From assembly GCF_001194135.2 (NCBI RefSeq), contig NC_068991.1, forward strand, positions 40,643,088 to 40,689,028: a DNA stretch of 45,941 nucleotides, in the 5' to 3' direction. The notes beneath the pieces were generated by a model that did no database searches, had not been told where the DNA came from, and worked only from the letters and a program-made list of their open reading frames with translations. Numbering within the stretch: the stretch's first letter is position 1; every line of letters begins with the position of its first letter. A program made the translations under genes and the position numbers. The stretch is from Octopus bimaculoides. Taxonomy: Eukaryota. Of this stretch, positions 33,457-45,941 are shown piece after piece.

Positions 33457-36400
33457 GTGAGTAGATTTTATGATTATGCTTATTTTAATCTCTGTTATTG
33501 AAAAGATGCCGTAGCAGTTAAAATGCTATACTAATCATGTTATCATCATCAGTTAATGTCCATATTCAGTATTGGCATGGGTTGACAAGTTCCAATAGTC
33601 CAAGGACTGCATCCTGCTCCAGTGTTTGTTTTGGCCTGGTTTATATGGCTGGATACCCTTCCTAACACCAACCACTTTACAACGTATACTGGGTGTTTTT
33701 AAAAAAAAAATTTTTAAATCTTTTTGTGCCACCAGCACTAGTGAGGTGCTGCAGCTTGCAGGGAAGATCTGTTTTGTTGGAGGAGTTATTTTATAGCAGG
33801 ATGCTTCTTCTGTTAACTTCTCAACTGTGAAGAAACCAAACCAGTTGTAAATCAAACAAGCTGGACAGAGTCATGTCCCTTTTCTAGTGCCATCAAGGCC
33901 AAATGCTTGTGATTGGCTGTACACTCATGAGGTCATGGGTTTTATCCTACAGCATAGCATCTTGAATAAGTTTCTCTTTTTATCAGGTGGCAACCTGAGC
34001 CTTGTGAGTAAAATTAAGTTGACAGAAACTGTGGAAGCCTATCAAATGGAATTGTATTTGTAATTTAAAGGTTTGTCCTTGTCACATTGTATCATGTTGG
34101 TTACAGTGGAGAATTACATCAAGTGTCTGTGGATACTCAGCCACTTACATGCTAATACAATGACCAGATGGTATAGTTTATCAGATGACTGAATACTTAT
34201 TGTGAAAACTGATTTGGTATGTATTGAGGAAAATAACTCTAATGAATTTTTTTTTAATATAAATTAATGACATTTATGCAATGTAGTGAGGAAAAAACAT
34301 TAGCTCAATGAATATTGGTTTCAAATTTTCACGCAAGACCAGCAATTTCCTGGGGAGGGGCTAAGTTAATTAAATCAACCTCCAGTGCTCAACTGGTACT
34401 TATTTTCTTGACCTTGAAGGGATAAAAGACAAAGTCAGCCCCGTCAGCATTTGAACCTAGAATATAAAGATGGATAAAAAAAACCACTAGGCATTTTGCT
34501 CGGCATGCTAATGATTTTACCAGTTCACCATCAGCTCATTGAATATTAATCTCATCTTCATATAAATGACAACTCTACATGTTTTAGTCTTATTAGACCT
34601 CTGTGAAACAGACTTCTCTAATTGCTAGATTAGTGATACGACAAGCACTAATGAGTAGGCATCAACAATTACTATAATAATCATCATCATTTAATGTCCA
34701 CTTTTCCATGCTTGCATGAATCTGATAGAAATTGTTGAGGCAGCTTTTCTGTGGCTGGATACCCTTCCTATCACTAACCCTCATTTGTTTCCAGGCAAGG
34801 TTTCTGATGGCCAGACAGGTTTTTCATGGATACCTGGAAATGAACAACCCTGCTTACAGGACAATGGTGCTTGTTTATAGTTAGCACAAGCTGTCAAGAC
34901 AAGGAGACACATGCTAAGCTTCTTTCAGTCTCCACCTAGCAAATCTATTCACAGGGCTTTGGTCAGCCTGGGGCTATGGTGGAAAGCTTTTACCCAAGGT
35001 GCTGTGCAGTGCACAGTCACTGAACTTTAAAAAGATGCGACTACACTTTCTCTTCATACACAAAAACATGAAGGAGACTGTCTTGACGTTTCATGGTTTG
35101 TTGACAGCTTATTCCTCTGCTCACAAAGAGGTCTTAACACAAATAGCTTTTTTAAATTAAACACAAATTATAACTTAGTTGTAAGAATTTAATTTTCATA
35201 CTAAATAATTGATATTTACACACAACATAGCATGGTTTAGAAAACCTAAGATACAATTAAAGTATTTAAACTGCAGTTTTTATGCTGTTATTCTTTTCAT
35301 ACACATCAAAATGTAGGCATGTGTTCTGATGGATTTCACAGTTTGTTTACAATTCACCAGAGAAGTATCCACGTCATTTCTTTTCTGACAAAGGGATCTT
35401 TTCACAAATAGTTATTTAAATTAAGCATGGTATGCAGATTAGTCAAGCCATTGCAGCTAGGTACTAGTTTGATTTATTGATTTCTGTTTGTTGAGCTGCT
35501 AAATTATAAAAGGACACAACATACCATTTTTATGCTCATGATATGTTGTAGACATACTTGCAAAGCTAGTTTTTTTTACAATTACATGTCTGCTTTGGTA
35601 TCTAGCCCTAAAAACCATGCCAAAACAAACACTGAAACCTGGTGCAGACTTCTGCCTAGCCAGCTCCTGTCAGACCATCCTTGTGTGACATCTTGAATGA
35701 GTGTCTTCTACTATAGCTTCAGGCCAATGAAATCCTTTTGAGTGGATTTGGTTGACAGAAACTAAAGGAGGCCCATTGTGTGTGTGTATGTGTATGTGTG
35801 TTTACGTGTGTGTCTTTTTGTCCCTACTACTACTGCTTGGTGTATTTACATCCCTGTAACTTAATGGTTCAGCAAAAGAGATTGATAGAATAAGTTCTGG
35901 GTTTTATAAAAATTAATTTTGAGGTTCATACATTCGACTAAAAATTCTTCAAGGTGGTGCTCCACCATGGCTGCATTCTAAATACTGAAACAAGTAAAAG
36001 GTAAAGATAAAAATGATGAAGATTATGATGATTTACTAGTCAGACTACTGGATTTTACACCTTGTAAATGACATATAAATCTAAATTCAAATTTTATTGA
36101 TGTGCATNNNNNNNNNNNNNNNNNNNNNNNNNNNNNNNNNNNNNNNNNNNNNNNNNNNNNNNNNNNNNNNNNNNNNNNNNNNNNNNNNNNNNNNNNNNNN
36201 NNNNNNNNNNNNNNNNNNNNNNNNNNNNNNNNNNNNNNNNNNNNNNNNNNNNNNNNNNNNNNNNNNNNNNNNNGTATTGATAGAAGATTGGCAGAATCAT
36301 CCAACCAATGGGAAAATAACCATTAAAGTGTTTTGGAGTTGTGGAGTGAATGACAAAAAAATATTTTATTTCACACAGTGTATATGGGACATTCCACAAT

Positions 36401-39400
36401 ATTCCATATGTTGTGGATGGAAAAATCAAAAGTGCTTTCCTCATAATAATTTCTTAACATTTTGACATTTGAAGAGACCAAGACTTTTGGTGATGTGCTG
36501 TACTTGAGAGGACCCATCAAGCCAAATGCACCTGTGCTGGTAGCATGTAAAGAACACCTTCCGAGCATTGGGCCTCATGGAGACAAAGTGGCTGAGTTCC
36601 TTTCAAGTGTTGGGCCTCATGGAGACAAAGTGACAGTTCCTTTTGAGTGGTGGGCTTCACAGAGGCAAAGTGGTTGAGTTCCTTTCAAGTGATGGGCCTC
36701 ACGGAGGCAAAGTGGCTGAGTTCCTTTTGAGTGTTGGGTCTCACAGAGGCAGTGACTGAGACCTTTGGCATTATGTTGTGCATGAGAAAACCCATCAAGC
36801 CAAGCAAAATTACAGTCGTGGCAGATACTGGTGTCACACAAATTGGCACACATGCTGGTGGCATGTAAAACCACCCCGGTGTCACGCAAATTGGCACTCG
36901 TGCTGGTGGCATGTAAAAGCACCCTGGTGTCACGCAAATTGGCACTTATACTGGTGGCATATAAATGCACCCATTATACTCTTGGAGCGGTTGGCATTAG
37001 GAAGGGCATCCAGCCATAGAAAACCATGCCAAATCAGACTGGAGTCTGGTGCAGCTTTCCAGTATGCCAGCCCAGTCAAATGATGATGATGATGAATACG
37101 TCTCCTTAAATGACACTATCTTATTAGGAGATCTCCTTGGATTGGATATTAAATCTCTAAATTATACTGTCATTTGTCTTACACGGTTTTGAGGTATTAC
37201 AGAGTGATTAGTTTAGATATATTATTGAAAGAATTTAGTCTCATGTACATCTTTAGAAATTAACTTTCACTCTTTCTTTCCAGCTGAACAAATTAAACCC
37301 TCAACTTGTCATAGAATCACTCTATGATTTGAGAGAAGGGGAGCAGTTTGTTGCTTTATTGAACAAGATGTAAGTATTTTTTATTAATATAGTTTTTCAT
37401 TTGTTTATTTATATTAACAGATCTATCATCATACAAAAAAATATTTATAATAAATTGTATTTTTTAATATTTTTCCTTATGTGAAATTTAACTGCTTAAT
37501 TATTACTAATTACTTAGCCATGAAACAAGAGTGGAACTTGTTAGGCAAACAAACTGAGGCAGAGTTACGTACCTTGCACAGAAAATACTTGAAGCACTTC
37601 GTTCTTAAGCAGTCTAGCATGCCTGTCTGTAATTAGATATCACAGAGGAGGAACAAGTTGTCACTAAGTCATTGTTGTTTTTAAAAGTCATAGTATTATT
37701 GACTTGTAGCACTAAGTTCAACTCACCATGCAGAACTGGAGAAAGCTTTAGAAGGCTCTGGTTCTTATTACATGTTGTATATATAATCCTTTCTACTAGA
37801 GGTACAAGGCCTGAAATTTGGTGGGAAGGGGCCAGTCGATTAGATCGAACCCAGTACGCAACTGGTATTTGATTTATCGACTCCAAAAGGATGAAAGGCA
37901 ATGTTGACCTCAGCAGAATTTGAACTCAGAACTTAGCGATGGGCGAAATACTGCTAACATTTCATCAAGCATGCTAACGCTCTTGACAGGTTGTATATAT
38001 AATAGGTAATTCTGGTTCAACCATAGTACATTCCACATTTATTCCACTTGTTGCCTGATGACTTACTGGATTATGAAGGATCCCTAGACGATGATGCATA
38101 ATTGGAGAGGGTACATAGATAGAAAGAGATTCAAAAGGAATGAAAATCTGCGGAAGAGCAGCAGGGATTTGATAAAGTAAGTGTTTGGAATGAGATAATG
38201 GGAGCTATTAGATACATTGTTGTTACATATAGCGTTGAACACATTTTTCAGAAACACGTAAAAGTATCATGTTTTAGAATAGACAATGTATGATGGTCAG
38301 AACTAATTTTAGTTTCCCACTGCCTACAGATTTGTAGTTAAAATCTTCTTTAGATTATTCTACTCTAACATAAGTACTTGGATATCTATGACCATATATT
38401 ACTATTACTACTTTCTGTCTTGTGTTTATATATCCTGGATCTTAATATTTGTTTTAGATAAAAGCGATTTTAGATAAATGCTTAGTATTTCATCCATCTT
38501 TACTCTCTGAGTTCAAATTCCATAGAGGTTGACTTTGCCTTTTATCCTTTTGGTGCATTGAGCTGGCAGAACCATTAGCATGCCGAGCAAAATGCTTAGC
38601 AGCATTTCATCCGTCTTCACCTTCTGAGTTCAAATTCCACTGAGGCCAACTTTGCCTTTCATCCTTTCAGAATCAATAAAATAAATACCAGTTGTACACT
38701 GCGGTTTATGTTGCCCTCTCTCCCAAAACTCCCAAAATTTGAAATCCATATTTGTTTTAGATAAATGTTGCCGTGAATAAAATAGTAATTCACTTTAAAT
38801 ATTTGATATCAACAATTACCTTCTAGTTGTGTGACCATGTGTAAATGTTTTTGACGAGGCTTTACAATTTGAAGTCTTATTCAACCTTTTTTTTTCCAGA
38901 GCTTTAGCTATTTAACCCTTTTATTACCATATTTCTATTGAAATACATCGCCTTTCTTTTGATTAATTTTTTTTAATTATGAAGAATTTAGTCAATTAAC
39001 TTAGTCATTATTAAGTTGATCATCAGAGCATAAAGTAACATGAAATTTTGCCAGAAAGTTTTGAGACCACTTTAGAACAAGAAACTTGTATCATAGAGCA
39101 AGCGGTGGAATCGGGCAAGTTAGTATTAAAGGAGTTAGATGACTTAAAGTGAAACAAAGCAATCTGAACTGGACCTCAAGATCACTGGCTTAATGTCCAC
39201 AACATAGTTCTTGTCTTTTATGCCTTATTTATGAATAATAATTTCTACCACAGCTACATGATAAATATTACAAGATTTTCCCCTCAGCTATTTTGTGATA
39301 TAAATTACTGCTTTAAACCATTAAACATATATTTTTTCTTTCAGTCAGTTATTGCTTTCAGAAGATTTCAAAGTTGATGAAAATAAAGACAAGCTATTAG

Positions 39401-42400
39401 TGCTTTATTCTAAAATATAATCCATACTTGTTCTTATTTCTTTATTTTTTTATTATTATTTTTTTTACATAGAAAAGGCCATTCTTATGATGCAAACACA
39501 AAGAAAGAACGTTTTGAAATTATACAAAAGTTTATTGAGGGTATGTTTTATGATATTTTTACTTCATTGTTGCTCTAGTTTGTTTTCTCTGTTGTTTTCT
39601 GTGTATATATGTATGCACATCAGTAAAGAAAACTGAAGAAAAAGTGGCAAAAATGAACATAATGAGATTTAGCATTTAAACCAGCCATATCAGGCCAAGT
39701 ATTCTACCTGATTTTATGTTCAAACTGGCCAGATTTGGCCTCTCACACCTACCCTACAATGTCATTCTAACAATAAACAATCACATCATCAAAATTTCAA
39801 AGCTACAAAATAATGTGAATAAATAAGCATTACAGTTAACAATGCAATCTGAATGGTAAAAGGTTTGAATGCCTTTAGTTAATAATGTTAAATGGTAATC
39901 TTTTAATTCTTCCTTTACTTTTTAACTCTTGTTAGCATAACTAAGAAATTATAAATCTTTTTCCTAGATAACTATCATCATAGTCTTATTGAACAAGTGA
40001 ATTTTGACAGAGATAATGAACTGGATCTTGCCAAGGTAGGTTGTATACAGATGTCATTTGTGTTTGTATTGTGTGTATGCATATATTTTTTGTCCAGATG
40101 TGTGATTTAGAATGACAACTTTAATGTATTATTTTTATTTGCTTAACAAGAACATTCCAACTGATAATTTTTTGTCTTCAGGAATTGTCTTTGTATTTTA
40201 TTTAAATGATGTCCCTTCTTCTCAATTCCTCTCCATAATAGGTTTTTTGCCATCAACATTCAATATGTTTGTATATTCACCATGCTGGATTCCTTTTTGT
40301 TTCTTATGTATTGTTTCATATCGGTATTGATTTGTTTTGAATTTGAATCAGTTCCCATTTTAACCAACTTACATTGATATTTCATCTTTGTCTCGTATTA
40401 ACTTGATATTCTGAATACTATAAATGAAACCATATCATACTGTAAATATTCATTTTTATCCTATGATGAACATTTACTCTACATGAGCCAAGAAAGGATG
40501 AATGTGGCTGGGTGTGAGGAATAATTGAAATGAATGTGGAAGAAAAGGTCTGATGTTGGTGGAAAATGATATAGTGGGAAAGGCAAAATGAAGGAAACTG
40601 TCACAGGGCCTACAAAGCTAACCCTTGCCTTAACCAGAAAAAAAAATGACCTTAACCCTTTTGATACCAATCTGCCTGAGGCTGCCCTTGGTTCTACAAT
40701 ACAAACTTCCTGTTCTAATGTGATCTAAATTCAAATCTTCCATCAAAATTTCATGCTAATTTACATTCCAAACACTATCTTAATAATGATGACAAAGTTA
40801 TTTTACTAAAGTCTTCTTCATTTTCAAAATTAATTGAAACAAAAGCACTGTTTCAATGGAAAAGGGTTAAAATGCTTTTATATTATATTTTGTTTACTTT
40901 CTATTTGACAATGATGATTTCGGTTTTCACCAATAGATTTTGAGCTATTCATCCCACTTTTTCTTTGTTTTTTTCCTAACTTTCTATCTCTCTGTCTATT
41001 TATTTATTGAATGCTGTTAAATCAAAGCTGATTGTATTCTCTAATTGGCTTCTTTTTAGATTGCTGTACTTGTATTGGCAGTTGGGGTGGAAGGGGAAAA
41101 CCGGGAAGTCTTCATGAATGCAGCGCTCTCATTGAATGAGCGGTCACAGTTAGAGATAATGGGCATCTTGAAAGAAATTTTGAATGTTGTTTCATCTGAT
41201 CTTCATTTAGATGATATTCTAATAAATAAATCTTGTAAGTAATTATGCCTTTCACATTTTTAGCTCAAGTTCTATAGTTTGTACAGTATCTTCCATCATA
41301 ATAATTCTTAATCTAGACTTAGTCCATTCTTCTACTTTGATGGAATGGCCAGGAACTCAGAAAGGATTTCCATGACTACATGACAAGAAATAATAACAAA
41401 GATTTGTAAATATCTAATTTCCAACATATCTATCAGCTTCTTTAATTTTCTTTATTACAGATGCACATTTCTTAGTACAAAACATAGAACATTGAATTTC
41501 ATGTAAACTTCCAGTAGTTGCTGATTCCTGCGTATTCTGTCTATAATATTGTTGTTGGAACAGTAATAACTTTAATTCCCAAATAAGTTGATCCAGCTGT
41601 ACATTGTTAAAGTTTTCAGAGCCTCATAACTAACCTTTAGCTGTATTCTTAGTGTGTTACAACTGAGATGTAGATATGTTGTTCACTTGTTTAACTCTTT
41701 AGTATTCAGCTCTGTTTTATCCTCAAACTGGCCAGCTCTGGCCTACTTACCTTACAATATTATTTTTAAAATAAGCAATCACATCACTGAAATCTCAAAA
41801 CTACAAGGTAATGCGTGATTAGTTCAAAATTAATGTGAATAAACATTACATTTGACAGAGAAATCTGAATGCTATAGGGTTAAACATGTATAAAAATGTT
41901 GAGAGGAAGAAAAGGCTGTGTAGAAATGACACTACCATTCACAATGTATTATTTCTTGTAAACTCATTGTAGTTCAAAATTTGGTGTCTAGACTGCATGT
42001 AATAGAAATTGATAAGTTACATATACAAGAGAGCTTTAGTGCACTCAGCCTACTAGCAATAATATCCAACTCTCTCTTAAATCACATCCCATTTGCTTAA
42101 AGCCATCACAATGGATGATATAATTTTAGGTTACACTATGCCTAACTAAAAGAAATTGATTATGGAAAGCTTTTGATCGCAGATCAACTTGACCAGTTTT
42201 GATCTAGGGTTACAGTACTATCAAATGTGTAATTTTATGTTTGGAAGGAATCTATAAGGATAAAAGCATTCCTTGTGTTCTTGACCCATGTTATGCATAC
42301 TTAAATCAGATCACTTTCAATTGGGACAGAAACTAATTATTGGTGATACAGATTTATATCACTATGTCATGATTTCTTGCTAATTGGCCAATCTACAATT

Positions 42401-43436
42401 TTCCAGTGGAAGCCTATGATTCAGAGAATTCTTCTGAAAATAGTTCTCAAGAGGATAAGTCTTCTGAAAAATCTCCATCAGGTTAGTTTACAATTTATTT
42501 TATAATTTGGTTATTATGGAAAAGTGGATATTAAACTGCGACTTTAATATCAGTAGCAGGACACACTGATTACAGAAATACAGTTATTTCCTGTACTGAC
42601 TTTGTTATTATTGAGAGCACACATTGATATCATCATCATCATCGGAAAGCGGACGTTAAATGATGATGATAATGATATCAATGTGTGCTCTCAATAATAA
42701 CAAAGTCAGTACAGGAAATAACTGTATTTCTGTAATCAGTGTGTCCTGCTACTGATATTAAAGTCGTCGTTTGATATCCACTTTTCCATACTTGTATGGG
42801 TCAGATGGAATTTGTTGAGATAGATTTTCTATGAATGAATGCCCCATCTGTTGCCAATCCTCACCTGTTTCTAGGCAAGGTAATATTTTCCCATAGCTAG
42901 GCATAGTTTTCGTGGAAGACTGGAAATAAGCAACCTCACTTGTATGATGATGATGATGCTTATTTATAACTATCAAGTGTTGTCTAAATAAGGGTACATA
43001 TATGCATTGACATACACACTCACACACACATGCACTCACATACGCACTCGCACATGTATATGCACTTACACATATGCACATTCACACACACACACATGTA
43101 TATACACACTTGTACACCCACACATATACAGACAACAGGCATCTTTCAGTTCCTGTCTTCTATATCTATTCACAAGGTTTCAGCTAGTCTAGGGTTATTG
43201 TAGAAGACACTTCCTTAGGTTGTCATGTTTGTATACACATACAAGCATGCATACACATACATATATAAACATTTTTATATTCAGCTTCTTTTGTAGAAGA
43301 GCTGCTCATTGACAAGCCTCCAAATACCGGTTCCCTGAATGACATCCTCTCACCATTCCAGAGGATAAATGTGAACTATTCAACACCCTCAACACCACTG
43401 CATGCATTAATTACATCATCAGGCTTCAATGGAAGG
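33421..43436 (+). CDS. NUMA1: Gene 2: NuMA-like protein, N-terminal 220 aa (Hook/NuMA-type CH domain plus linker); seven coding exons, continues beyond the window
   Basis: Exons 33421-33456, 37284-37369, 39473-39540, 39968-40035, 41060-41234, 42407-42481, 43285-43436 all have AG/GT borders and join in frame (660 nt). Protein MDLSKKDTLIQWLNKL...SLYDLREGEQFVALLNKI...ERFEIIQKFI...ELDLAKIAVLVL...QLEIMGILKEILN...STPSTPLHALITSSGF parallels recalled vertebrate NuMA (LLSWVNSL, ERLDFVCSFL, ELELAKMTMLLL, ELAVILKFVLD, SPMGDILQTPQF). Orthology versus other Hook-family proteins was not tested. Confidence 0.72.
36568..36765. repeat. About five tandem 41-42-bp units
   Basis: TGGGCCTCA(T/C)GGAG(A/G)CAAAGTGGCTGAGTTCCTTT(C/T)(A/G)AGTG repeated with substitutions. 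Confidence 0.88.
36830..36972. repeat. Three tandem 48-bp units leading into a family B SINE (to about 37095)
   Basis: GGTGTCACGCAAATTGGCACTCGTGCTGGTGGCATGTAAAAGCACCC x3. Confidence 0.88.
37284..37369 (+). CDS. Gene 2 coding exon 2 (phase 0 to 2)
   Basis: TTTCCAG|CTGAAC ... AAGAT|GTAAGT; LNKLNPQLVIESLYDLREGEQFVALLNK. Confidence 0.88.
37786..37985 (-). mobile_element. SINE family C
   Basis: AATCCTTTCTACTAGAGGTACAAGGCCTGAAATTT...GAATTTGAACTCAGAAC; reverse complement of 16158-16380. Confidence 0.82.
38916..39134. mobile_element. TTAA-type MITE (family P2)
   Basis: TTAA|CCCTTTTATTAC start, ends TATTAAAGGAG|TTAG; homologous to 3940-4146. Confidence 0.7.
39473..39540 (+). CDS. Gene 2 coding exon 3 (phase 2 to 1)
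   Basis: TTACATAG|AAAAGG ... GAGG|GTATGT; KGHSYDANTKKERFEIIQKFIE. Confidence 0.85.
39968..40035 (+). CDS. Gene 2 coding exon 4 (phase 1 to 0)
   Basis: TTCCTAG|ATAAC ... AAG|GTAGGT; DNYHHSLIEQVNFDRDNELDLAK. Confidence 0.85.
40656..40866. mobile_element. TTAA-type MITE (family P2, reverse orientation)
   Basis: TTAA|CCCTTTT ... AAAAGGG|TTAA. Confidence 0.75.
41060..41234 (+). CDS. Gene 2 coding exon 5 (phase 0 to 1)
   Basis: TTTTTAG|ATTGCT ... TCTT|GTAAGT; IAVLVLAVGVEGENREVFMNAALSLNERSQLEIMGILKEILNVVSSDLHLDDILINKS. Confidence 0.9.
41695..41879. mobile_element. piggyBac-like MITE (family P1, reverse orientation)
   Basis: TTAA|CTCTTTAG ... CTATAGGG|TTAA; another partial copy at about 39668-39863. 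Confidence 0.75.
42407..42481 (+). CDS. Gene 2 coding exon 6 (phase 1-1, Ser/Glu-rich linker)
   Basis: TTTCCAG|TGGAAG ... TCAG|GTTAGT; EAYDSENSSENSSQEDKSSEKSPS. Confidence 0.8.
42539..42766. repeat. Perfect 95-bp inverted repeat
   Basis: 42539-42633 is the exact reverse complement of 42672-42766; the 38-nt centre holds (CAT)n/(GAT)n and an inverted SINE end. Confidence 0.95.
43285..43436 (+). CDS. Gene 2 coding exon 7 (phase 1 to 0)
   Basis: ATTCAG|CTTCT ... AGG|GTAAGT; ASFVEELLIDKPPNTGSLNDILSPFQRINVNYSTPSTPLHALITSSGFNGR. Confidence 0.85.
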
Positions 43437-44004
43437 GTAAGTCTCCCTTAAAATTTGATTATTTTTATTTCGTGTTCTACTTTTTTTTTTATGTCCTTCA
43501 TTATTTGCTCAGTAAAAATGTCTCTGTCATAAGTATTTGAGAATTATCTTCTTTCTTTTACTTATTTCAGTCATTTGATTGTGGCCATACTGGGGCACTG
43601 CCTTGAAGGCTTTTAGTTGAACAGACCGACCCCAGGATTTATTTTTTTAAGCTTGGTACTTATTCTATCAGTTTCTTTTGCTGAACTGCTAATTCACAGG
43701 GACATAAACACCAATACCAGTTGTCACATGGAGATGGAGAACTCACACACACACACACACATATACACATAATGGGTTTCATTCAGTTTCTGTCTACCAA
43801 ATCCACTCACAACACACCTGCTATCTCTAGATCAATTGTGTGTGTATGTAGATAAGTATCTTGTTAGAAGGCAAAAGAAGGCTTCTGTTTACTCCTTGCT
43901 TCCCTCCTCCTAATCCTTGGATGTATGTTATATGCATTGAACATGCATAGTTAGTAAAATATGCTTTTATTATATACTTTTACTGTCTGCTGAAGACTGA
44001 ATTA

Positions 44005-44995
44005 TGAGGGTCGGCTGAAATGTTCATAGGCTAATAAAAATACTTTAATTGAATGTGACCAAATGAAGTTTATTTTTTAACATAGTTCCCTTTGCAGTTC
44101 TCAATCTTCTTCCTTTGGTGTTGCAGTGCTTGGATCCCATTGGTGAAGAAGCTTTCATTCTGTTAAAAAGTCATGATACTAATTTCCAGCCAAGTGACTT
44201 TTTATGCTGAGGAACAGATGATAGTCAGATGGGACCAATTCAGGAGAATAGGGAGGGTGGTCAGCCAGTTCAAAGCCACACTCACACACTTTAGCTTTTG
44301 AAAGCAAGGATTTGTATGATGGAGCGTTGTCCTGATATTTCTTGGGTGTTTGGTCTTGATAACCTTTCATAACTACCTCAGCAAGTTGTTGTTCATTGAT
44401 GGTATAGCCCTTTGAAGACAATAGATACATTGCCTTTTGCATCTCAAAAAACTGAAGCCATCACCTTCCCTACAGATTAAACAATCTTGGCCTTCTTTGA
44501 TGCCAGTGAGAAGGGTGTTTCCACTGCATGGATTGTCTCTTTGTCTCTGGCTCGAAATGATGAATCAAACACTCATCCTGGGTTAGGAAACGTTCAAGAA
44601 AACTAGCTGGATCTGCCTCAAACAATGTCAGATTTCCCCGTGAAGTGATCAGTCTGGTGTGCCTTTGATCAGGTGTCAGAAGATGTGGCACCCATCAAGC
44701 AGAAACTGTCATCATGCCACATTCATTGTGCAGAATATTCTTAACTCTCTCAGAGGATATGCTAATAGCATTGGCTATTTGATTTATAGTGAATCACCTG
44801 TCATCCATCACCATGTGAACATGAACAATGTTTTCTTTGGTAGTGTGAGTTGCAGGACATCCAGACCATGTGTCATATTCAAGGCTCTCTGCTCCCCTCC
44901 TAATTTCAGCTACCCACTTTTGCATTGTGGATAAAACTGGAGTACCATACCCTAATGTAGCAAACATATCGGCATGAATGTCACTGAGGGTTAAA
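44005..44995 (-). mobile_element. Mariner (DD34D) transposon remnant, nearly full-length but inactivated
   Basis: Minus-strand fragments DIHADMFATLG..TMQKWVAEIRRG, FLTQDECLIHHFEPETKRQSMQW, QDNAPSY and HPPYSPELVPSDYHLF; TIR-like TA|TGAGGGTCGGCTGAAATGTTC at the left end; other TIR not found. Confidence 0.9.
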
Positions 44996-45854
44996 TCTGT
45001 TTTCTGTAGTTACCTGATAATATCATGTTATCAGCTACCATATGCAATCTTACAGCAGGAATACTCCTTTTACTGGATGTACATGTGAAAATCCATTAGT
45101 GTACACAGCATTCACGTGAAAACAATGATAAAACAAGATGGAATGAACAGGCTTTAATCACAATTGACAACAATTGTTTCTGTGCATTAGCAACAGCAGT
45201 TGCTGAGTTTTCCATATTATACATATTATATAAATATGATCCAGCAGTAGCATTGTACTCATTATTTCTTTTCTTTGTAAGCATTTTTCTTTAAAGGATG
45301 TGTGGACAACTTATTAACTCCAGTAGGATACCAACTTATCTGCCAGTCTACTCATGAACTTAATTTCACCTGTCTTTGGTTCCCACCACACTCACTTAAT
45401 CATTAATGGATGTTATCATACAGGAAGAATTTATTTGCCAACAACCACCCTTATACTCACACACGTGTTCGTTTATTTCTTGTCTCCCAGTGTTCATTAT
45501 TTTCCTCTCGTTTTTGTCTAGTGACCCTCCATGTTTCTTTACGTTCGGTTTCCTTGTATGTCTCCACTGTCCTGTTTTTGTTCCCAACTTTGATGCACCA
45601 TAAATCCGAAATTTTAATTTGGAATTTATGGGAGCAACTGTCTTTGAAAACTCATACTGTCATTGAATGCTTAAAATGAGGAGTACACTGACAACTGACA
45701 AAGGGTTGTTGTATGTTTCTCCTGTTTTCCATTTTTCTCTCGTTGTTTGTGTGTTTAATATATCTGTTTTCAAATTTCATGTTGTTTATACAGTTGGTGA
45801 TATCCTGTAACCATATATGCATATATATACATATATGACGATGATATATGCTGT

Positions 45855-45875
45855 ATATATATATATATGTATGTG

Positions 45876-45909
<34 letters not shown>

Positions 45910-45941
45910 TATGCTATATATATATATGCTATATATATATA
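45855..45941. repeat. (AT)n-rich microsatellite
   Basis: Direct reading. Confidence 0.95.

Overview
AT-rich, intron-rich animal genomic DNA dense in microsatellites, SINEs, MITEs and decayed transposases. The repeat families suggest an octopus/coleoid genome (inference from recalled repeat sequences, not a search). Six assembly gaps: 922-931, 2431-2722, 9816-9825, 29037-29242, 30413-31269, 36108-36273. Two plus-strand multi-exon genes can be assembled by hand from AG/GT signals with consistent reading phase. Gene 1 (986-18756, 5' end outside the window, about 600 codons) is an unidentified long coiled-coil protein whose middle is a tandem array of duplicated phase 1-1 exons (three intact, one pseudogenised). 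Gene 2 (33421-43436, continuing past the window) encodes 220 aa with a NuMA/Hook-type calponin-homology N-terminus and is absent from the supplied ORF track. Mobile DNA includes a Tc1 element with both TIRs, mariner, hAT and Tigger remnants, hAT- and TTAA-type MITEs, a Penelope GIY-YIG fragment and RTE 3' ends. Structural oddities: a hairpin-rich 350-bp-period element inside (AT)n, degenerate hammerhead-like motifs, a minisatellite ending in a 110-nt hairpin, and a perfect 95-bp inverted repeat in a gene 2 intron. No CRISPR array, rRNA, true tRNA or prokaryotic system is supported, and I cannot claim a clearly new biological system. All alignments and folds were done by eye.
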